64,000 nt of DNA from an uncultured bacterium. Its GTDB lineage: Bacteria; Pseudomonadota; Gammaproteobacteria; Burkholderiales; SG8-39. The stretch lies in NCBI GenBank assembly GCA_965233195.1, contig CBDDSB010000016.1:155146-219145 (forward strand), written 5' to 3'. Made by a program: the position numbers and the translations under genes. The stretch's first letter is position 1; each line of letters opens with the position of its first letter. Below are positions 19,859-28,862 of this stretch, piece by piece. A model generated the notes under the pieces. That model did not search any database and was not told where the DNA came from. It saw only the letters and a program-made list of their open reading frames with translations.

Positions 19859-20830
19859 ATGTCTTTTGCGGACAACGTCATCGGCTGGCAGCGGCAGCAT
19901 GGCCGGCGCAACCTGCCGTGGCAGGGCACGCGCGATCCTTATCGCATCTGGTTGTCGGAAGTGATGCTGCAACAGACGCAGGTGAGCGCCGTGATTCCCT
20001 ATTTCGAGCGTTTCCTGGCCAGGTATCCGACGATGAAGGCGCTCGCCGCCGCCTCGGAGGACGAGGTCCTGCAGTTGTGGAGCGGCCTCGGCTATTACGC
20101 GCGCGGGCGCAACCTGCACAAAGCCGCGGTGGAGATTTACAGGAATGGATTCCCGAGAACCGCAGAAACCATCGCGCAGTTGCCCGGCATCGGACGCTCG
20201 ACCGCGGCGGCGATCGCCGTGTTCGCATACGGCGAGCGCGCCGCGATTCTCGACGGCAACGTCAAGCGCGTGCTGTCGCGACGTTACGGGGTTCACGACA
20301 AAGACCTTTGGCCGCTGGCCCAGCGCCTGTTGCCAAAGCGCGATCTCGAGACGTACACCCAGGGACTGATGGATCTCGGCGCCACGGTGTGCAAGCGCGT
20401 ACCGGAGTGCGGCACGTGTCCGGTCAAGGCGCGCTGCGTCGCGCGCAAGACCGGACGCATCGCCGAGCTGCCGGCGCCGCGGGCGAAGAAGGCGCTGCCG
20501 TTGAAGCAGGTCTCTTGGTTTGTGTTTATCGCCAAAGGAAGAATCCTGTTGGAGCGGCGGCCATCGTCGGGAATCTGGGGCGGGCTATGGTGCTTTCCCG
20601 AGCGCCGCCCGTCCCGTTGCCGTGTCACGCGCAAGCTGCCGGTGATCGAGCATGGCTTTACCCATTTCCGCCTGCGGATCCAGCCGCTTCTCTGCAGCGG
20701 TCGCCCGGCAGGGCCGGGTCTTTGGATGGACCTGGACCACGCCGGTCGCGCGGCGATCCCGACGCCTGTCAGGAATCTGTTACACGAATTGCCGAGAATC
20801 GTGACGCCACGCGGCGGTCCCCGGCGATAG
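19859..20830 (+). CDS. mutY: A/G-specific adenine DNA glycosylase
   Basis: Internal Met of ORF 19712-20830. WQRQHGRRNLPWQGTRDPYRIWLSEVMLQQTQV, GLGYYARGRNLHKAA, and the Fe-S cluster CxxxxxxCxxCxxxxxC (CKRVPECGTCPVKARC). Confidence 0.88.
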   Translation: MSFADNVIGWQRQHGRRNLPWQGTRDPYRIWLSEVMLQQTQVSAVIPYFERFLARYPTMKALAAASEDEVLQLWSGLGYYARGRNLHKAAVEIYRNGFPRTAETIAQLPGIGRSTAAAIAVFAYGERAAILDGNVKRVLSRRYGVHDKDLWPLAQRLLPKRDLETYTQGLMDLGATVCKRVPECGTCPVKARCVARKTGRIAELPAPRAKKALPLKQVSWFVFIAKGRILLERRPSSGIWGGLWCFPERRPSRCRVTRKLPVIEHGFTHFRLRIQPLLCSGRPAGPGLWMDLDHAGRAAIPTPVRNLLHELPRIVTPRGGPRR

Positions 20831-20928
20831 CGTCGCCGCCGCTGCGGTGTGAAGATGTCACCCATCGGAAGGACACAGCCGCTAGCTGGGTTCTCCGGGA
20901 TTGCGCCTCAAGCGGCGAGCGGCAGCGA

Positions 20929-21513
20929 CTACACCTTGTTTGGCTCTATACGGACGAACGCGTCCAGCTTCTCCAGGCGCGCGCGTCCGTTTTCCGTCTC
21001 CAGAAGTGCCTGTTTCGCCTCCAGTGGCAGTGGCAGCAACTCCGCGAGGCGGGCGCTCACCCACGCGCTCGAATCCAGCCGATGCGGGCGCTCGAGCAGC
21101 GCCGGGGGCTGCTCGATGACGCGCTCCAGCAGCTTGGCATAGCGCGCTGCAGCCTCGGGCAGTGGCACGTCCTCGCCCTCCGGCAGCAGCTCGATGGACG
21201 CCCGCACCAGGCCGTCGGCCTGCACGCGCTGGTCCAGGATGCGAAAGCGGCTTTCGCCGCGCGCGGTGACCTGCAGCACGCCGAGTTGCGGCATGTCCCA
21301 TTCGGCGATGCGTGCGAGACAGCCGACGCCCACCGGCACCGCGGGCTCGCCCACTTCCTTTCCCTCGTGGATCAGGCAAACGCCGAAGGGCGAGTTGTCC
21401 TTCAGGCAGGTTTTCGCCATTTCCATATAGCGCTGCTCGAAAATGCGCAGCGGCAGGCGTCCCCCGGGAAAGAGGACGGTGTGCAGCGGGAAGAGCGGGA
21501 CCTCTTCGCTCAA
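20929..21513 (-). CDS. LON substrate-binding (Lon N-terminal) domain protein
   Basis: [28 protein letters not shown] is the LON-domain signature. Start placed at an in-frame TTG overlapping the rapZ stop; the longest ORF extends to 21558. Confidence 0.7.
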   Translation of the reverse strand: MSEEVPLFPLHTVLFPGGRLPLRIFEQRYMEMAKTCLKDNSPFGVCLIHEGKEVGEPAVPVGVGCLARIAEWDMPQLGVLQVTARGESRFRILDQRVQADGLVRASIELLPEGEDVPLPEAAARYAKLLERVIEQPPALLERPHRLDSSAWVSARLAELLPLPLEAKQALLETENGRARLEKLDAFVRIEPNKV

Positions 21514-22358
21514 AGATCTTCTTTCGCCAGCCCGCGGTGGCGCACCAGCACCTGCCACTCCTTGCGGAAATCGGCCGCCAGCCGCTCGGCGACGTAGACC
21601 GAGCGGTGGCGCCCGCCGGTGCAGCCGATCGCCACCGTGACCGCGCTGCGGTTCTCGCGCACGATCTCAGGCAGCCAGCGCGCGAGCAACCCGCGCGCGT
21701 CTTCCAGCCAGCGTTGCACTGACGCGTCGCGCGCCAGATACTCGATGACCGGCGCGTCGCGCCCGGTGAACGGCCGCAGTTGCGGGTCGTAGTGCGGGTT
21801 GGCCAGCATGCGACAGTCGAGCACCCAGTCGGCGTCGAGCGGGATGCCGTCGCGATAGGCGAACGACTCGAACAGCAGGGTAAGCGCGCCGGGTCCGAGG
21901 CCGAGCAGGTCGCGGATCCAGTTCTGCAGCACCCGCGGCTGCAGGTCGCTCGTGTCGATGCGCTGTCCCAGCGTTGCGACGTCGGCAAGCAGGCTGCGCT
22001 CACGCTCGATGGCCTCGGGCAGCGTCTGCGTGCCGCCCAGCGGATGGCGGCGGCGCGTTTCGGAGAAGCGGCGCAGCAGGCTCGGCGTATTGGCTTCGAG
22101 ATACAGCAGGCGGCAATCGAAGCCGCGTTCCTTGAGCTTGGCGATGTGCTCCGGCAGCGCGGCGAGCGCCGCGCTGCGCGCATCGACGCTCACGGCGACA
22201 CGCTCGTGCCCGGCGTCGCGCAGAAAGTCGACCACCTCGAGCAGCAGGGTGGCGGGCAGATTGTCGACGCAGTAGTAGCCGGCGTCCTCCAGGACCTTGA
22301 GCGCGATGCTCTTGCCCGAGCCCGACAGGCCGCTGACGAGGACTAGGCTCTGAGGCAC
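21510..22358 (-). CDS. rapZ: RNase adapter protein RapZ (YhbJ)
   Basis: Start placed at an in-frame GTG just after the hprK stop ([24 protein letters not shown]). C-terminal [13 protein letters not shown] motif. Confidence 0.88.
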   Translation of the reverse strand: MPQSLVLVSGLSGSGKSIALKVLEDAGYYCVDNLPATLLLEVVDFLRDAGHERVAVSVDARSAALAALPEHIAKLKERGFDCRLLYLEANTPSLLRRFSETRRRHPLGGTQTLPEAIERERSLLADVATLGQRIDTSDLQPRVLQNWIRDLLGLGPGALTLLFESFAYRDGIPLDADWVLDCRMLANPHYDPQLRPFTGRDAPVIEYLARDASVQRWLEDARGLLARWLPEIVRENRSAVTVAIGCTGGRHRSVYVAERLAADFRKEWQVLVRHRGLAKEDL

Positions 22359-22362
22359 CCCT

Positions 22363-23274
22363 TCACTTCTCTCCTTTCTGCATTTCCTGGTTTTGACGCG
22401 CAAGGAACTCGGCCATCGAATCGATCCCGCGCAGCTTGAGGATTTCGTTGCGCACCGCGGCCTCGACCAGCACCGCGAGGTTGCGCCCGGCGGCCACCGG
22501 GATGATCACCTTGCGCACGGTGACGCCGAGCACCTCCTCGGTGAGCTCGGAGAGCGGCAGGCGCTCGGTCGGGTCGCGCGCGCCGGGCGAAGGCCGCGCG
22601 AGGTGCGCCACCAGCCGCAGCTTCATTTTGCGCCGCACCGCGGTCTCGCCGAAGATGGTGCGGATGTTGAGCACGCCGAGGCCGCGCACCTCGATATAGT
22701 CCTTGAGCAGGTCCGGGCAGCGTCCTTCGAGCGCGCCGCCGCTCATGCGCGAGACCTCGACCACGTCGTCGGCGACCAGGCCGTGGCCCCGGCTGATCAG
22801 TTCGAGCCCGAGCTCGCTCTTGCCGACACCCGACTCGCCGGTAATCAGCACGCCGAGCCCGAGCACATCCATGAACACGCCGTGCAGCTCGGTGCTCTCG
22901 GCGAGCAGCCGGGCGAGGTAGCGGGCGAGCTTCTCGATCACCTGCGGCGCGGGCAGCGGCGAGGTGAAGAGCGGGGTCTGGGTGCGCGTCGCCGACTCCA
23001 TCAGCGCCGCCGGCGGAGCGACGCCATCGGCCACGATCACCGCCGCGGGGTGCGACTCGAGCAGGCGCTCGACGAAGCCGCCGATGATGCCGGCCTCGTA
23101 GGCGCCGATGACCTGGATGCTGTTGGGGTGGGTGAGGTTGAGGTGGCCGATGAGCGCCGCCGCCTGCGCGGCCTCGCGCCGCACCGCCGTGCCGCCTTCG
23201 CGGCCTGCTACCCAGGCGAGCGAAAGCGGCTCGCGGTTGTCGTCATGCAGCCGCGCGACGTTGACCTGCAGCAT
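22363..23274 (-). CDS. hprK: HPr kinase/phosphorylase
   Basis: P-loop [17 protein letters not shown] and signature [11 protein letters not shown]. Start taken at the second Met (MLQVNVARL). Confidence 0.88.
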   Translation of the reverse strand: MLQVNVARLHDDNREPLSLAWVAGREGGTAVRREAAQAAALIGHLNLTHPNSIQVIGAYEAGIIGGFVERLLESHPAAVIVADGVAPPAALMESATRTQTPLFTSPLPAPQVIEKLARYLARLLAESTELHGVFMDVLGLGVLITGESGVGKSELGLELISRGHGLVADDVVEVSRMSGGALEGRCPDLLKDYIEVRGLGVLNIRTIFGETAVRRKMKLRLVAHLARPSPGARDPTERLPLSELTEEVLGVTVRKVIIPVAAGRNLAVLVEAAVRNEILKLRGIDSMAEFLARQNQEMQKGEK

Positions 23275-23728
23275 CCGGTTGCCATGCGGCAATCAGCTGG
23301 TAGAGCGCTTCGGCGTCGGCGGCGCGCGCCATCAGCTCGCGCAGCGACTTGTCGGAGAACATCTGCGCCAGCTCGGAGAGGATCTGCAGGTGTTTCTCGG
23401 TGGCCTTCTCGGGCACGAGCAGCACGAACACCAGGTTCACCGGGTTGCCGTCCGGTGCGTCGAACGGCACCGGCTGGGCGAGGCGCAGGAAGGCGCCGCG
23501 CGCCTCCTTCAGTCCCTTGATGCGCCCGTGCGGAATCGCCACGCCCTGGCCCAGGCCGGTGGAGCCGAGGCGCTCGCGCGCGAATAGGCTGTCGAACACC
23601 AGGCTGCGCGCCACCCCGTGCTGGTTTTCGAACAGCAGCCCCGCCTGCTCGAACAGGCGCTTCTTGCTCGACACCGGCAGGTCGAGCGCGATGTGCGCGG
23701 GGGACAGGAGTTTGGCAACAAGGCTCAT
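23243..23728 (-). CDS. ptsN: PTS-Ntr EIIA (nitrogen regulatory IIA)
   Basis: 161 aa. Active-site region GLGQGVAIPHGR, next to rpoN/hpf. Confidence 0.9.
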   Translation of the reverse strand: MSLVAKLLSPAHIALDLPVSSKKRLFEQAGLLFENQHGVARSLVFDSLFARERLGSTGLGQGVAIPHGRIKGLKEARGAFLRLAQPVPFDAPDGNPVNLVFVLLVPEKATEKHLQILSELAQMFSDKSLRELMARAADAEALYQLIAAWQPDAAGQRRAAA

Positions 23729-23740
23729 GCGGCGGGTTAC

Positions 23741-24034
23741 CTATACTCGCTTTTCGTAGAGTTTATCCTTATAGCGTAGGACTTGGCGATCCAGCTTGTC
23801 CGCCAGCAGGTCGATCGCCGCGTACAAGTCGCTTTCCTCGCTCTCGCAATGTAAATCTTTGCCACGGACGTGGAGCGTGACCTCGGCCTTCTGTCCCTGC
23901 TTGTTCGCCGTGAGGATGACGTGCGCATCGATCACGTGATCGAAATGGCGCGTGATGCGCGCGATCTTGGATTCGACGTAGCTGCGGATCGCCGAGGTCA
24001 CTTCGAGATGATGGCCGCTCACGTTTAAGTTCAT
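23741..24034 (-). CDS. hpf: ribosome hibernation promoting factor (sigma-54 modulation protein, short form)
   Basis: 97 aa. MNLNVSGHHLEVTSAIRSYVESK... is typical HPF/YhbH. Immediately downstream of rpoN. Confidence 0.9.
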   Translation of the reverse strand: MNLNVSGHHLEVTSAIRSYVESKIARITRHFDHVIDAHVILTANKQGQKAEVTLHVRGKDLHCESEESDLYAAIDLLADKLDRQVLRYKDKLYEKRV

Positions 24035-24035
24035 G

Positions 24036-25469
24036 TCATAAGGCCTTTCTCTGGTTCACGGGAGGAATCTGCAGCGATTCCCGATATTTCGCAATCGTGC
24101 GGCGCGCGACGACGATGCCCTGCTCGCCGAGGATCTGCGAAATGCGCGCGTCCGACAGCGGCGCCTTGGTGTCCTCGGCGGCGACCAGCTGCTTGATGAG
24201 CGCGCGGATCGCGGTGGAGGAGGCGGCGCCGCCGGCCTCGGTGGCGACGTGGCTGCCGAAAAAATACTTCAGCTCGAAGGTGCCGCGCGGCGTGGCCATG
24301 AACTTCTGCGTGGTGACGCGCGAGATGGTGCTCTCATGCAGGCTCAGGGTCGAGGCGATTTCGCGCAGCACCAGCGGGCGCATCGCCACTTCGCCGTGCT
24401 CCAGGAAATGGCGCTGCCGGTCGACGATCGCCTGCGATACGCGCAGGATGGTATCGAAGCGCTGTTGCACGTTCTTGATCAGCCAGCGCGCCTCCTGCAG
24501 CTGGGACGAGATGCCGGCGCCGCTGCGCGCGGCGGCGGCGAGCTGGGCGTAGAGGCTGTTGATGCGCAGGCGCGGCATGGCGTCGGGATTGAGGCTCGCC
24601 TTCCACACGTTGCGGCTCTTCTTGACGATGACGTCCGGGATCACATAGCGCGCCTCGAGCTTGGCGAATGCCGAACCCGGGCGCGGATTGAGCGCCTGGA
24701 TCAGCCGCTGCGCCGCGCGCAGCGCATCGTCACCGGCGCCGGTGAGGCTTTTCAGGCGCGTGTAGTCGCGCGAGGCGAGCAGCTCGAGGTGCTTGCCGAC
24801 AATCTCGAGGGCGAGCTTGCGGACCCCGTCATCGGGCAGGTTCTTGATCTGCAGCGACAGGCATTCGGCCGGCGTGCGCGCACCGACGCCGGCGGGCTCG
24901 AACTGCTGCAAGTGGCACAGGGCGATCTGCAGCTCTTCCTGCACCGCCCCGGCGTCATCGGGAAGCGGCGCCGGCAGCATTTCCGCGATTTCCTCCAGCG
25001 GCTGCGTCAGGTAGCCGTCCTCGTCGAGCGCGTCGATCAGCAGCTCGACGTACAGCCGGTCGCGGGCACCGAGGTTGGTGAGCGTCAGCTGACTGCGCAG
25101 ATGGTCACGCAGCGTCGGCGTGTCGGCCGTGGCATGGGTACGGTCTCCATCCTCGTCGTCCTCGGGGCCGCGCCAGTTGGCGGCGGCTTCGCTCGGCCAG
25201 TCGGGCTCGCCGCTAGCCGGCGTTTCGGAAGGGGAGGTTTCGGCCGGGGTCGAGACCTGCTCTGACGGCGAGCTGCGCGGCGCCTCGTCGCCGCCCGCGG
25301 CGTGCTCCCCGTCGTGCTCCTCGCGCTCGAGCGCGGGGTTCTCCATCAGGATGCGCTCGATCTCCTGGTTCAGCTCGACCGTCGACAGCTGCAGCAGGCG
25401 AATCGACTGCTGCAGCTGCGGCGTCAGCGTGAGGTGCTGCGAGAGGCGGAATTGAAGCGACGGTTTCAT
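24036..25469 (-). CDS. rpoN: RNA polymerase sigma-54 factor
   Basis: 477 aa. N-terminal LxLxQxLxxxPQLQQSIRLLQLS, an acidic region II, the HTH, and the RpoN box ARRTIAKYRE. Confidence 0.95.
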   Translation of the reverse strand: MKPSLQFRLSQHLTLTPQLQQSIRLLQLSTVELNQEIERILMENPALEREEHDGEHAAGGDEAPRSSPSEQVSTPAETSPSETPASGEPDWPSEAAANWRGPEDDEDGDRTHATADTPTLRDHLRSQLTLTNLGARDRLYVELLIDALDEDGYLTQPLEEIAEMLPAPLPDDAGAVQEELQIALCHLQQFEPAGVGARTPAECLSLQIKNLPDDGVRKLALEIVGKHLELLASRDYTRLKSLTGAGDDALRAAQRLIQALNPRPGSAFAKLEARYVIPDVIVKKSRNVWKASLNPDAMPRLRINSLYAQLAAAARSGAGISSQLQEARWLIKNVQQRFDTILRVSQAIVDRQRHFLEHGEVAMRPLVLREIASTLSLHESTISRVTTQKFMATPRGTFELKYFFGSHVATEAGGAASSTAIRALIKQLVAAEDTKAPLSDARISQILGEQGIVVARRTIAKYRESLQIPPVNQRKAL

Positions 25470-25499
25470 TAAGGGCTGCTGCAGTGTGCGCCGCCAAGA

Positions 25500-26222
25500 C
25501 TACATGCGGAAGTTCTCGCCCAGATATACCCGGCGCACGCTGTCATTGTAAACAATCTCCTCGGGGTGGCCCGAGGCGAGCACCGCGCCCTCGTTGATGA
25601 TGTAGGCGCGGTCGCAGATGCCGAGGGTCTCGCGCACGTTATGGTCCGTTATGAGCACCCCGATGCCGCGCTCCTTGAGGAACCTTATGATGCGCTGGAT
25701 GTCGAGCACCGCGATCGGGTCGACGCCGGCGAACGGCTCGTCGAGCAGGATGAACGCAGGTCGGGTGCCGAGCGCCCGCGCGATCTCCAAGCGCCGCCGC
25801 TCGCCTCCCGATAGTGAGATCGCCGAATGCTTGCGCAGGTGGGCGATGTTCAGGTCCTTGAGCAATTCCGCCAGGCGCGACTCGATTTCGTCGGCCGCCA
25901 GGCCTTGCAGCTCGAGGATCGCCTGCACGTTCTCTTCCACCGTCAGGCGGCGGAACACCGAGTTCTCCTGCGGCAGGTAGGAGATTCCAAGGCGGGCGCG
26001 GCGGTGGATCGGGAGGTGGGTGAGCTCGCGGCTGTCGAGGTGGATGGAGCCGGCGTCGACCGGGATCAGGCCGACGATCATGTAGAAGCACGTGGTCTTG
26101 CCCGCGCCGTTCGGGCCCAGCAGGCCGACCACCTCGCCGCTCGAGACTTCCAAAGACACGTCCTGCACCACGGTGCGCGATTTGTAGCGCTTGCGCAGCC
26201 GCTGGGAGCGCAGCTCGCTCAT
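25500..26222 (-). CDS. lptB: LPS export ABC transporter ATP-binding protein
   Basis: 240 aa. [24 protein letters not shown] and [12 protein letters not shown]. Located between lptA and rpoN. Confidence 0.95.
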   Translation of the reverse strand: MSELRSQRLRKRYKSRTVVQDVSLEVSSGEVVGLLGPNGAGKTTCFYMIVGLIPVDAGSIHLDSRELTHLPIHRRARLGISYLPQENSVFRRLTVEENVQAILELQGLAADEIESRLAELLKDLNIAHLRKHSAISLSGGERRRLEIARALGTRPAFILLDEPFAGVDPIAVLDIQRIIRFLKERGIGVLITDHNVRETLGICDRAYIINEGAVLASGHPEEIVYNDSVRRVYLGENFRM

Positions 26223-26731
26223 TTACCTGCAGGAGGTTTTGATTGAATGATGGCTTTGACCCGCCCCGGTTTTTCCCCGCCCTTGCCCGAGCTTACCTGG
26301 TAGAAGTCGGAGCGCTGGTCGACGAAGATGTAGTCGCCGGCGACCTCGTCGCCGCCGCGGTTGACACGTGCCTTGTCGAACAGCTCGATCTTCTGGTTGC
26401 GATCGTCGAGCTCGATGCGCAGCGCTTCGCCCTCGACCCAGATCCCTTCTTTCTCGCCGGCCTTGGCGTCCTGGCGCTGGCGGAAGCGCGCCGGCTTGCC
26501 GGTCGCGGTGGCGAGCTGGAAGCCCTCGGCGTCCTGGCGCACGACCAGCCGGTCGGCGGTGAGCCGGATGGTTCCTTTGGTGACCACGACATCGCCCTCG
26601 AACACGTTCAGGCGGCGCACGTCGTCGGCGCTCATCTTGTTCGCCTCGACTTGCGTCGGCTTGTCGCGGTCGGCCTTCTCCGCAAGCGCCGGGGTCGTCA
26701 AGATGAACAACAGGAAAGCCAGGAACTTCAT
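26219..26731 (-). CDS. lptA: LPS transport periplasmic protein LptA
   Basis: 170 aa. Signal peptide plus OstA-like repeats (F.GDVVVTKG). Synteny lptC-lptA-lptB. Confidence 0.85.
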   Translation of the reverse strand: MKFLAFLLFILTTPALAEKADRDKPTQVEANKMSADDVRRLNVFEGDVVVTKGTIRLTADRLVVRQDAEGFQLATATGKPARFRQRQDAKAGEKEGIWVEGEALRIELDDRNQKIELFDKARVNRGGDEVAGDYIFVDQRSDFYQVSSGKGGEKPGRVKAIIQSKPPAGK

Positions 26732-27309
26732 CTCTTCGGCAGCTCGAGGGAGTTGAAGCGGGCCGTGACATCCGCGCGCAGCACCAGCTCGCCCGACTCG
26801 TTGTTGTACTCCATGCCGCGGCCTTGCAGCGAGCGGCTGCCCTCGACGATCTTGACTTCGCGATCGGTGCGCACCAGCGAGCGGTCGCGCAGCACGTGCA
26901 GGAATTCCGTGTTCATGCGCGCTTCCGGGCCGTGCGCCGAGGCTTCGCGCACCAGCTGCACGTCGCCGAAGAGGAAGATCTCGTCGCCGTCGCGCGAGAG
27001 CTGCCCGCGCTCGGCGCGCACGGTGTAGCGCGGCTCGTTGGGCTTCGACTGCACCACGCGCGGGGCGACCAGGTCCGTGGTGTCGTCGTCGGGGTAGTGC
27101 ACCATGCGCGTCGCTGACATCATGGTCTCGGCCGCGCCCTCGCGGTTGTAGGTGGTGGTGGTGAAGTTGGTCACGTAGTAGTCGGGATCGTGGCGCCGCG
27201 CGGACGCCGGCGTTTCGTCCTCACGCACGGTTCGCTCCAGGTAGAAGGTGAGCAACGCGAGCGCGAGCATCATGCCCAGCGGGAACAGGCGGGTAGTGGA
27301 GAATCTCAA
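26728..27309 (-). CDS. lptC: LPS export system protein LptC
   Basis: 193 aa. N-terminal anchor and PDYYV motif. Synteny. Confidence 0.8.
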   Translation of the reverse strand: MRFSTTRLFPLGMMLALALLTFYLERTVREDETPASARRHDPDYYVTNFTTTTYNREGAAETMMSATRMVHYPDDDTTDLVAPRVVQSKPNEPRYTVRAERGQLSRDGDEIFLFGDVQLVREASAHGPEARMNTEFLHVLRDRSLVRTDREVKIVEGSRSLQGRGMEYNNESGELVLRADVTARFNSLELPKR

Positions 27310-27319
27310 CGCCGCAACC

Positions 27320-27847
27320 TCACGTCAGGTATTTTCCCAGCGCGCGATCGAGGGTGCCCTGGGCGCGCATCAGCAGCTCGCACACTTCGCGTACCGCGCC
27401 GCGCCCGGCCGCCGCTTGCGCGACGTAGTGCACGCGCGTGCGCACGGCTTCGGGCGCCTCGCGCGGCGCGCAGGCGAAACCGCAGCGCGTGAGCACCGGC
27501 AGGTCGACGAGCTCGTCGCCCATGTAACCGGTTTGTTGAACCGTGAGGCGTTGCTGGGCGGTCAGCTGCTGGAATATTTCCAATTTGTCCTCAACGCCCT
27601 GGAAGACGGTTTCAATCCCGAGCTCCGCGGCGCGCGTCGCCACCGCGGCGGAGCGCCGGCCGGAAAGCAGCGCGCAACCGACGCCGCTCGCCGCCAGCAT
27701 CTTGATGCCGTGGCCGTCGTGCGCGAAGAAGCGCTTCAGCTCCTCGCCCCGCGGGCCGTAGAGCAGCGTGCCGTCGGTGAGCACCCCGTCGACATCGAAG
27801 ATCATCAAGCGCACGCCGCGTGCGCGCTCTTGAACGCCTTCTTTCAA
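27320..27847 (-). CDS. kdsC: 3-deoxy-D-manno-octulosonate 8-phosphate phosphatase
   Basis: 175 aa. HAD motif I FDVDGVLTDG and YMGDELVDLPV. Confidence 0.88.
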   Translation of the reverse strand: MKEGVQERARGVRLMIFDVDGVLTDGTLLYGPRGEELKRFFAHDGHGIKMLAASGVGCALLSGRRSAAVATRAAELGIETVFQGVEDKLEIFQQLTAQQRLTVQQTGYMGDELVDLPVLTRCGFACAPREAPEAVRTRVHYVAQAAAGRGAVREVCELLMRAQGTLDRALGKYLT

Positions 27848-28845
27848 ATCACCTTCGCACGGAAGAGATCGTGCATGTTCAACGCACCGAGCAGGGCGCC
27901 GCGCTCGTCGACCACCAGCAGCTGGTTGACCTTGTGCTTTTCCATGATCTGCACCGCCTCCACCGCCAGCGCCTCCGGCCGGATGGTGCGCGGCCCGGCG
28001 CTCATCAGCTGGTCGACGCGCGCCCCCTTGATCTCGACGCCCTTCTCCAGCGCGCGGCGCAGATCGCCGTCGGTGAAGATGCCGCGCACTTGGCCGGCTT
28101 CGTCCACCACCGCGGTCATGCCGATGCGCCCGCGCGTCATCTCCGACACCGCCTGCATGGCGCTCGCGCCGCTTTGCACGCGGGCCACGTCCCCGCCGCG
28201 GCGCATCACGTCGGCCACGTGCACCAGCGCCTGGCGCGGCAGCTGCCCGCGGGGATGGCTGCGGGCGAAATCGTCGGCCGAGAAGCCGCGCTTGTCGAGC
28301 AGCGCCACCGCGAGGGCGTCGCCAAGCGCGAGCGCCGCCGTGGTGCTCGCGGTGGGTGCCAGGTTATGCGGGCAGGCCTCCTGCGCCACCGCGGCATCGA
28401 GGTGCACGTCGGCCTCGCGCGCGAGCGCGGATTCAGGCTTGCCGGTGAGCGCGATCAGCTTGGCGCCGCGGCGCTTCACCAGCGGCACGATCTGCAGCAG
28501 CTCCTCGCTCGCGCCCGAGTAGGAGATGGCAATAAACACGTCGCCGGCCTCGACCATGCCGAGGTCGCCGTGGCTCGCCTCGGCGGGGTGCACGAAGTAA
28601 GCCGGCGTGCCGGTGCTCGCGAGCGTAGAGGCGATCTTGCGCGCGATATGGCCCGACTTGCCCATGCCACTCACTACCACGCGCCCCTTGCGTTGATGAA
28701 TCAGCTCCACCGCATCGAGAAATTTCTGATCGATGCGCTCGATCAGCGCGCGCACCGCTTCGGCCTCGATCGCGAGCACGCGGCGCGCGAGCGCGAGCAC
28801 CGAGCTGGAAGCGGTTTTCCCTACGTCAACAGCCGCCCGTATCAT
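27844..28845 (-). CDS. kdsD: arabinose-5-phosphate isomerase (SIS + tandem CBS)
   Basis: VVVSGMGKSGHIARKIASTLASTG SIS motif and C-terminal CBS pair. Start trimmed to the second Met to avoid overlapping the divergent antiporter gene. Confidence 0.9.
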   Translation of the reverse strand: MIRAAVDVGKTASSSVLALARRVLAIEAEAVRALIERIDQKFLDAVELIHQRKGRVVVSGMGKSGHIARKIASTLASTGTPAYFVHPAEASHGDLGMVEAGDVFIAISYSGASEELLQIVPLVKRRGAKLIALTGKPESALAREADVHLDAAVAQEACPHNLAPTASTTAALALGDALAVALLDKRGFSADDFARSHPRGQLPRQALVHVADVMRRGGDVARVQSGASAMQAVSEMTRGRIGMTAVVDEAGQVRGIFTDGDLRRALEKGVEIKGARVDQLMSAGPRTIRPEALAVEAVQIMEKHKVNQLLVVDERGALLGALNMHDLFRAKVI

Positions 28846-28862
28846 GCGGGGGAGTATAGCCC

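Noticed and set aside
17690-20296. 868-aa ORF spanning the amidohydrolase, the permease and the antisense strand of mutY
   Set aside because: Only the C-terminal 393 aa (from MTSPVDRI) look like a real protein (M20D). The upstream part is an out-of-frame read-through across the DppB-like gene and is Arg/Pro/Gly-rich.
19129-21597. 822-aa ORF on the + strand
   Set aside because: It is antisense to, or out of frame with, the permease, mutY, LON-domain and rapZ genes. It has a low-complexity Arg/Ala/Gln composition and no motifs.
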